IMG/VR virus record: IMGVR_UViG_3300020041_000048
Span: 1-5,221 of that record
Direction: 5' to 3' (one strand)
DNA: 5,221 nucleotides
DNA from: a virus
Part shown: one piece after another, positions 1-4,737 of the stretch
Layout of the letters: every line of letters starts with the position of its first letter
Numbering within the stretch: position 1 is the stretch's first letter
Program-made: the position numbers and the translations under genes
Notes under the pieces: generated by a model
Told to the model about the DNA's origin: nothing
Databases searched by the model: none
The model's input: the letters and a program-made list of their open reading frames with translations, nothing else

Positions 1-121
1 GGCTTTCTTGAGGACATACCGGGCAACGTAAGCACAGGTTTCCCAGTTAACCTGACCAACCAAAACATAGCCGATAGGCTTCCGGATGAAAGGGGTGTCA
101 TACTCCCCTTTCTGTTCTACC
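1..121. repeat. Terminal redundancy, copy 1; exact duplicate of 5101-5221. Assembly overlap of a circular 5100-nt genome.
   Basis: Base-by-base comparison of 1-121 with 5101-5221 shows identity. A single ORF reads continuously through the junction. Confidence 0.95.
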
Positions 122-717
122 ACACTCCAGGCCTTTTGTAAAGCCTCAGAATAGTAATATCGATATCCAACGTCGCCGCGCTGGATATCCTGCACGGGAA
201 CAAGGTCATGCAAGTGGAGACCAAAAACTATTGCATGATAGTGAGGGCGAAAGGTGGTAGAGCCATACTCACCACACATAAAATACCGAATGTGGTCATC
301 CGGGAAGGCTTTCCGAAGGCGCTTCCAGAAAAGCTGCATGTGACGCTTCTCCAAACTGAGAGACTGCATCGCCTCTCCGGTCTCCGGATCAGAATACCAA
401 TGGCGAGGTACATGTTCTTCGTCATAGGTCAAAGTCAGGAAGTAAGCGGAATCATGATATTCGAGTTCCATCATACAGCGGTTAGCCCATTCACGAGAGC
501 GGGCTATGCGGCAGCCTTCACACTTGCCGCAAGGAATCTCAACCCAGTCAAGCCAGGTCTTTTCAGCGTAAGCAGAAATCTCGGGAACATCGGACGTACA
601 GATGCGACCTTTTCGCAATTCCAGGTGATGAACGCCATAGGGAACTATCTTCATTTCAGCCTTGCCATTCTTGGTAAAACCGACTTGAAAACCCTTAAGG
701 GGATGAAAACATGACAA
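1..717 (-). CDS. VP4: Replication initiation protein (Microviridae VP4 / HUH rolling-circle endonuclease), N-terminal 239 codons. It runs off the left edge and continues at 5100 on the circle.
   Basis: Manual minus-strand translation is open from 717 to 1: (TTG)SCFHPLKGFQVGFTKNGKAEMKIVPYGVHHLELRKGRICTSDVPEISAYAEKTWLDWVEIPCGKCEGCRIARSREWANRCMMELEYHDSAYFLTLTYDEEHVP...RYFMCGEYGSTTFRPHYHAIVFGLHLHD...VGQVNWETCAYVARYVLKKA. Hallmarks present: the CxHP N-terminus, PCGKCxGCR, FLTLTY (motif 1), RPHYHAI (HUH motif 2) and AYVARYVLKK (catalytic Tyr motif 3). There is no in-frame ATG after the upstream TAA. TTG at 717-715 has GGAG at 728-725 with a 7-nt spacer. The ORF track missed it because it has no stop inside the window. 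Confidence 0.9.
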   Translation of the reverse strand, partial: MSCFHPLKGFQVGFTKNGKAEMKIVPYGVHHLELRKGRICTSDVPEISAYAEKTWLDWVEIPCGKCEGCRIARSREWANRCMMELEYHDSAYFLTLTYDEEHVPRHWYSDPETGEAMQSLSLEKRHMQLFWKRLRKAFPDDHIRYFMCGEYGSTTFRPHYHAIVFGLHLHDLVPVQDIQRGDVGYRYYYSEALQKAWSVVEQKGEYDTPFIRKPIGYVLVGQVNWETCAYVARYVLKKA

Positions 718-785
718 ACAATCACTCCAATCGCTACACTCTTAGAGCCGCAAGCTTTTCCGTACTCGGGGCCAGGGAGGTGTCA

Positions 786-822
786 GTGGGAACCAATATA
801 TCAAGATAGTATTGGTTCCCAC
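786..822 (-). promoter_or_regulatory. Perfect 13-bp stem with 11-nt loop in the VP2-Rep intergenic region. Candidate replication origin (nick site) or transcript-end structure.
   Basis: Plus strand GTGGGAACCAATA (786-798) / loop tatcaagatag (799-809) / TATTGGTTCCCAC (810-822). On the sense (minus) strand the loop reads CTATCTTGATA followed by TATT. No T-run follows it on the sense strand, so it is not a canonical intrinsic terminator. Confidence 0.5.
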
Positions 823-847
823 ACCCTCCACCTGACAGCCTCAGTCG

Positions 848-1831
848 TCAGCGCTTTTTGCGCTTCTTTGAAGCATCCTTACCAGAAACAGCACCGGGCA
901 ACACGTTGGCAAAATAATCAAAGATGCTCTTACCCCAAGGTAAATTAGCATTTTGAATATCCTCAACAGCCTGAGTAGCAAGACCACCAAAAGCATTCCA
1001 ACCATTATTCGGGAAAGCTTCTTTGATATCAAACTCCTGTTTAAAGCCTGCCTGCTGTAAATCTTTATTCACCTCAGCATTAAAGGCGGCAATCTCCTTT
1101 TGCGTCATAGACTGCACGTCATAACCATACTTTTGCGCAGCAGCATGGATGGAGGCGGCAACCTTCTGAGCGGCGGCAGACTGGTCTGCGGCATACTTTG
1201 TACCAGCTAAATGAGCATCAGCAGTATAACGTTGAGCAGCGGCAGAAATAGTAGCCGTATTAAGCTGAGTTTGTGCCTGAAGTTCGGAAGTATATTTGGA
1301 CATAGCCGTATATTTATCCGCGATAGCCTGATTAGACTGAGCAGAAACACGGGTGCCCTCAAGGCTTAAAAAAGAACTAAGCAAACTCCCAAACAAGCCA
1401 GCAATAGCACCAGTGGCACTATTATCAACGCTGCCCATAGCACCGGACGGGGCACCGGAGCTAGCCGTTGCGCCAGAAGTAACAGCGGCACCGCTACCAC
1501 CAGTGACAGAAAGAACGGGATTAAGGCCAGCAGCAATTAGGTCACGCACCTCTCGTTGATGGGCGGTGGAGCTCATACGCTCCTGCCAATCTCTATTTTT
1601 TTGGGCCTCTTGACTGTTGTACCGACGCATGGTTTCGTACTGCGCTTCCTGCCACTTCCGGAGTTCTTCTGCCTGTTGAGCGCTGGCGGCGGTATTGCTG
1701 CCCGCAATACCTTGGAGGGCGCCAGTTATAGATCCAGTAGTGTTAAGTCGGTATTTATCAAGAGACCCTGGTCTTACAATAGCACCAGGGGAGGCAGTAG
1801 TCAAGGCCGATTTGGCCGAATTCATCGCCAT
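848..1831 (-). CDS. VP2: Minor capsid / DNA pilot protein VP2 (functional analogue of phiX174 H), 327 aa
   Basis: ORF track 848..1831. ATG at 1831 is preceded by AAGAGGTGA (GAGG 1842-1839, 7-nt spacer), 11 nt after the VP1 stop. It contains the pilot-protein signature STAHQREVRDLIAAGLNPVLS, followed by a G/S/A-rich linker, a hydrophobic segment GAIAGLFGSLLSSFLSL, an Ala/Gln-rich helical repeat region and a basic KKRKKR C-terminus. Confidence 0.88.
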   Translation of the reverse strand: MAMNSAKSALTTASPGAIVRPGSLDKYRLNTTGSITGALQGIAGSNTAASAQQAEELRKWQEAQYETMRRYNSQEAQKNRDWQERMSSTAHQREVRDLIAAGLNPVLSVTGGSGAAVTSGATASSGAPSGAMGSVDNSATGAIAGLFGSLLSSFLSLEGTRVSAQSNQAIADKYTAMSKYTSELQAQTQLNTATISAAAQRYTADAHLAGTKYAADQSAAAQKVAASIHAAAQKYGYDVQSMTQKEIAAFNAEVNKDLQQAGFKQEFDIKEAFPNNGWNAFGGLATQAVEDIQNANLPWGKSIFDYFANVLPGAVSGKDASKKRKKR

Positions 1832-1842
1832 AATCTCACCTC

Positions 1843-3534
1843 TTAGTGATGGTCGATAAGGCCAGGGATACTATACATAGGCATAGGCCGAGTAGCCTTA
1901 CACTGGATGTAGAGATCGGCAAACATCTGATTAGACGCACTAGAAGTAACAGCAAGTACACGGTCAACATTGGTCTTATCCTCACGAATCCACGCATCAG
2001 ACAACTTGGGGAGCTGGGTATACTCGTCGGCAAGATGCCAAACATCAAGGGAGGCCGGAGCCTTGGAACGCATTTCAGCAGCAACACGGGACGGCTTGTA
2101 ACGGTAATCGGCCCAGGCTTCCTGATAACCAAAAACCTCATCATCCTGGGCGGTGCCCTGGGCGTAAATTTCCTTGTTCAGAATAGGCTGCTCACCGATA
2201 TTGGCGAAAACCGGGAAATAGTAGTCCAGGCGGTCACGACGAGACCAAAAACGCTCAAGGCCCTGCTGATAGGTATGGTCATAGCGGGCGACCATGATGC
2301 CGATCACAAAACCATGCTCAACAAAAGACTTAATGAAATCGCCGTGAACATCGGTAGTAACAGAAAAGGCAGCCGTATCACCGAGAGGAGTACCATCAGC
2401 CTGGGTTGCAGAGTTCTGCACCACCTGATTGATATTAACAGGTATACGGTTGCCGCCAAGATACTCAGGACGCTGGAGGCGAGCATCAGGACTGGTAACA
2501 CCGAAGTGAGATTTAAGGATTTCAATGTAACGAGTACCTCCTCTAGCGTCTTTCTCATAAAGTTTCTGGACCTGAAAGGCCATGCGCAACTGGTTGATAG
2601 TGGCCGCCGTCACAGAACCAGACTGAAGGGCCCACAGGTTGTCAAAGTACAACGTACCATCACGGGAAGAACCGGAGCCAAAAGACATACCGGTAGAGGT
2701 AGAATTAACCTCAGTAGCAGAGGCACCAGTACTGCCAAAGTCGAAAGTCTGCTTAATACTAGAATAATCGGTATTGCTCTCAACACCAGAAGCCCAGGCA
2801 GACATAGGGGACTTAAAGAGAGAATGATCAACACGATCGGCAAGAGAAACAACGGGAAGGTTACCACCCTGGCCGACAGGAATGGTTACATCAGGGCCTT
2901 TCTGCGGAGCAGGCAGAGCGGAAGTGAAGTAGTCATGGAACTTGGCGGCCTTGAAGGGCATACCGCCTTTGACAACATCGGTGATATAGTTGGTACCATT
3001 GGAACCTGCAAGGGTAGCATCATCCACAGGGATGTTGAGGGGGTCAGAGAGGTTCTCATCACGGAACCACTCATTCATGATGAGGGCGTAGGCGCGGAAG
3101 GGGAGGGCATTAACAGAGAGGTTGGCAACACCAGTAGGGATGCCCATGTAGTCGGCAATGGAACCAATAGACCAGCCACCAGAGGGCGCAGTTACCTGGG
3201 GGACAGAGTACTCAGTCTTAGGAATCCAAGCGGACTGTGTATTCTCACCCATCAGCTCACGCCAATGCTGCCAGACAATACGGTTAGGCACGAAGTAAAA
3301 ATAGGTGTCGAGATAAAGATTGTCCATCATGGGAGTGAGCAAGGTTTGGAGGCGGGCCACCATAGAAGTCTTCAACTGGAAAGTGTCTCCAGGTAAAACT
3401 TCATCGACATAGAAGGGGATAACGTCTCCGACGTTAAAACTGAGTTTAACGCTATGATCACGCCGAAAAGTGCTACGAGCAATATCAAGGTTAGTAGGAT
3501 TAAGAGCAAATCTTGTATTTTCATTACGAGACAA
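1843..3534 (-). CDS. VP1: Major capsid protein VP1 (Microviridae F-protein family). It is 563 aa from TTG 3534; the maximal ORF extends to GTG 3606 (587 aa).
   Basis: ORF track 1843..3606. Family hallmarks: FALNPTNLDIARSTFRRDHSVKLSFNVGDVIPFYVDEVLPGDTF, RLQRPEYLGG, FGYQEAWADYRYKPSRV. TTG at 3534-3532 is in frame and has GGAGG (3546-3542) 7 nt upstream. The resulting N-terminus MSRNENTRFALNP resembles typical gokushovirus VP1 N-termini. GTG 3606 has no SD and lies inside a hairpin. Confidence 0.92.
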   Translation of the reverse strand: MSRNENTRFALNPTNLDIARSTFRRDHSVKLSFNVGDVIPFYVDEVLPGDTFQLKTSMVARLQTLLTPMMDNLYLDTYFYFVPNRIVWQHWRELMGENTQSAWIPKTEYSVPQVTAPSGGWSIGSIADYMGIPTGVANLSVNALPFRAYALIMNEWFRDENLSDPLNIPVDDATLAGSNGTNYITDVVKGGMPFKAAKFHDYFTSALPAPQKGPDVTIPVGQGGNLPVVSLADRVDHSLFKSPMSAWASGVESNTDYSSIKQTFDFGSTGASATEVNSTSTGMSFGSGSSRDGTLYFDNLWALQSGSVTAATINQLRMAFQVQKLYEKDARGGTRYIEILKSHFGVTSPDARLQRPEYLGGNRIPVNINQVVQNSATQADGTPLGDTAAFSVTTDVHGDFIKSFVEHGFVIGIMVARYDHTYQQGLERFWSRRDRLDYYFPVFANIGEQPILNKEIYAQGTAQDDEVFGYQEAWADYRYKPSRVAAEMRSKAPASLDVWHLADEYTQLPKLSDAWIREDKTNVDRVLAVTSSASNQMFADLYIQCKATRPMPMYSIPGLIDHH

Positions 3535-3569
3535 GTTAATACCTCCAGTCAGTAACGGTTGTTCAAAAG

Positions 3570-3590
3570 GAGGGGCCCATGGGGCCCCTC
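3570..3590 (-). terminator. GC-rich hairpin (9-bp stem, 3-nt loop) followed by CTTTTG on the sense strand. Possibly a leaky terminator or an mRNA/ssDNA structural element upstream of VP1.
   Basis: Plus strand GAGGGGCCC (3570-3578) AT-G GGGCCCCTC (3582-3590). Sense strand reads GAGGGGCCC-CAT-GGGCCCCTC-CTTTTGAAC. The T-run is only 4 nt, so terminator assignment is weak. Confidence 0.3.
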
Positions 3591-3604
3591 GCTCTCTGTT
3601 GTTC

Positions 3605-3625
3605 ACACGGCCAGGGCGGCCGTGT
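3605..3625 (-). other. GC-rich hairpin (8-bp stem, 5-nt loop) in the VP3-VP1 intergenic region
   Basis: ACACGGCC (3605-3612) / AGGGC / GGCCGTGT (3618-3625). It overlaps the GTG at 3606 that opens the maximal VP1 ORF. Confidence 0.45.
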
Positions 3626-3668
3626 AGGCTACTTTAATCAGATTCAGCCAATGTCAGGAATATGGAAT

Positions 3669-4181
3669 TTAACCAGCGGGTGAGGCTGGCGCGGGGTCTG
3701 TCTCACCTCCTTTCGGGCCCTGTGAGGCCGCTGGCGGCTCACCAGCGAGATTTTGAGAGGCGGGTGGTGTAACCATACCCATAGCCTCCAACCAGCTCTC
3801 AGAGCCTGCCTGGGCGAGCCAAGCATGGAAAGATTGGCCGAACTTCTCACGGGTTTCGAGGGGTAAGCTCATAAACGTCTGCTCGGCCTCTATCATGTGA
3901 TTGAGCAGCCCGGCATAGGTCTGGGGCATCTGGCTGAAATCACCAAACATGCCTTGCACCTTTTGCAGGGCGGCAGTATCACCAGCATTGAACCTGTCCA
4001 TGATTTTATGGAGGTCAACGGAATCTTTGTGGCTCTGGATGAAAGCGTAGAGGTCCTCTTTACCACTCTCCTTGAGGGCCATAACGCCGAAGCGGTCGAA
4101 CTCGGGGGAATAGAGAATCTTTTCGCCGGAGCCGGGCTCAGAGCAAAAATGCTCCTGATCACGATGCCAAGTCTGAAACAT
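3669..4181 (-). CDS. VP3: Internal scaffolding protein VP3, 170 aa
   Basis: ORF track 3669..4181. ATG 4181 has AAGGAGGA upstream (GGAGG 4193-4189, 7-nt spacer) and overlaps the upstream stop as TGATG. The core HKIMDRFNAGDTAALQKVQGMFGDFSQMPQTYAGLLNHMIEAEQTFMSLPLETREKFGQSFHAWL fits the gokushovirus scaffold pattern as I recall it (xGDF..mP.t..e.....i.Ae..F..LP...R..F). It sits immediately upstream of VP1, as expected. Confidence 0.82.
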   Translation of the reverse strand: MFQTWHRDQEHFCSEPGSGEKILYSPEFDRFGVMALKESGKEDLYAFIQSHKDSVDLHKIMDRFNAGDTAALQKVQGMFGDFSQMPQTYAGLLNHMIEAEQTFMSLPLETREKFGQSFHAWLAQAGSESWLEAMGMVTPPASQNLAGEPPAASQGPKGGETDPAPASPAG

Positions 4182-4450
4182 CAGACATCCTCCTTCTGCT
4201 GCATAGAGCGGAGAACCTCCGCGCCGTCGGAAATGAGCTCGTGGAGCTGGGCCGGAATGAGAACACCTTTATCGGAATCGAACTCACCAATCCGGAAAAG
4301 CTGGAAATCGGAAGCGTGAGTAAAGAGCACGCCCTTAGATTCCATAATGGCGTTGGCAAAGTTGCGAGCAGCGATATAGTCATTCTGCTCAGTGTTGAGG
4401 CCGAAGAAACCGGAACGCAGATCACGAATAGCATAAACGTTAAGCATCAT
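4181..4450 (-). CDS. Small conserved gokushovirus nonstructural protein (VP5/ORF5-position family, function unknown), 89 aa
   Basis: This is the 133-aa track ORF 4181..4582 trimmed to ATGATG at 4450, which has GGAGG (4464-4460) 9 nt upstream. MMLNVYAIRDLRSGFFGLNTEQNDYIAARNFANAIMESKGVLFTHASDFQLFRIGEFDSDKGVL matches my recollection of a recurring microvirus small-protein pattern (Y.I.D.....F......N...A.R.F........H..DF.L..IGEFD...G). The 44 residues upstream of that ATG are W/S/F-rich and have no SD. Confidence 0.65.
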   Translation of the reverse strand: MMLNVYAIRDLRSGFFGLNTEQNDYIAARNFANAIMESKGVLFTHASDFQLFRIGEFDSDKGVLIPAQLHELISDGAEVLRSMQQKEDV

Positions 4451-4625
4451 TTTTATCATCCTCCAAAAAACCAGAAAGCTCAATGAGCCGAATTTGCAGT
4501 TCCAGGGCGAGGAACTCATAAAAATCGAGCTCCATATCGAGAGAGCGCCAAACTTTGGCGGCCAGCTCGTAACAGTCGGCATCGAGATTCAGCCGGACAC
4601 AGACGGTAGCACGTTCATCATTCAC
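4440..4625 (-). CDS. Hypothetical 61-aa acidic protein, no family recognised
   Basis: ORF track 4440..4625. The GTG start at 4625-4623 is embedded in ATGTGA, the last codon plus stop of the upstream peptide gene. GGAGG (4639-4635) lies 9 nt upstream. The ORF fills what would otherwise be a 171-nt gap in a very compact genome, and its 3' end overlaps the next gene's start by 11 nt. Confidence 0.5.
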   Translation of the reverse strand: MNDERATVCVRLNLDADCYELAAKVWRSLDMELDFYEFLALELQIRLIELSGFLEDDKNDA

Positions 4626-4735
4626 ATCCTAATACCTCCGCGATAGATTTTAGGGTTCACATTGATACGCTTGGAATTGACGGCGGTGTGACGAAAAACC
4701 TGCCTATCCTGAGAACGCTTCATTTTTCGAGCCAT
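4622..4735 (-). CDS. Small arginine/lysine-rich DNA-binding (packaging) peptide, 37 aa; J-protein / gokushovirus ORF8-like
   Basis: Not in the ORF track because it is too short. Manual translation: ATG 4735-4733, 2 nt after the Rep stop TAA (4740-4738), with GGGAG (4748-4744) 8 nt upstream. Product is MARKMKRSQDRQVFRHTAVNSKRINVNPKIYRGGIRM, stop TGA 4624-4622. A basic N-terminus, the FRxTA motif and the C-terminal RGGIR(M/L) are typical, as I recall them, of the small basic proteins found in many gokushoviruses. Confidence 0.75.
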   Translation of the reverse strand: MARKMKRSQDRQVFRHTAVNSKRINVNPKIYRGGIRM

Positions 4736-4737
4736 GA

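Noticed and set aside
228-425. 65-aa +1-frame ORF inside Rep with hydrophobic ends
   Set aside because: There is no SD upstream of ATG 425. Its hydrophobicity is explained by T-rich third codon positions of Rep, and it is a weaker lysis candidate than 841..1032.
208-714. 168-aa plus-strand ORF
   Set aside because: It is exactly codon-aligned antisense to the clearly recognisable Rep gene. The product is low-information with no motifs. It is explained by the absence of TTA/CTA/TCA codons in the sense gene.
3481-3489. Second phiX-ori-like motif CTTGATATT on the sense strand, inside VP1 coding sequence (N L D I)
   Set aside because: It is not associated with any hairpin and encodes conserved N-terminal capsid residues. 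It is retained only as a caveat to the origin hypothesis at 786-822, though the phiX origin itself lies within coding sequence, so it cannot be fully excluded.
3631-3657. Possible sigma70-like promoter on the minus strand (CTGACA-N15-TAAAGT) upstream of VP1
   Set aside because: The spacer is only 15 nt, the -10 hexamer matches 4 of 6 positions, and the host is unknown. This is not distinguishable from chance by eye.
3644-3850. 68-aa alternative-frame ORF overlapping the VP3 3' end
   Set aside because: It is an arginine/proline-rich frame-shifted reading of the VP3 tail with no start signal, and it runs past the VP3 stop into the structured intergenic region.
3897-4319. 140-aa plus-strand ORF. 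Other short plus-strand ORFs were also considered: 1353..1559, 1556..1846, 4241..4486 and 4832..5080.
   Set aside because: All are antisense to well-supported minus-strand genes and lack SD sequences, and their products look random. Microviruses transcribe a single strand.
4451-4582. N-terminal 44-codon extension of the 89-aa gene (the track's 133-aa version starting at ATG 4582)
   Set aside because: There is no SD before 4582 and the extension (MPTVTSWPPKFGALSIWSSIFMSSSPWNCKF...) is W/S/F-rich junk-like sequence. A strong SD precedes the internal ATGATG at 4450, and the interval is better explained by the 61-aa ORF in another frame.
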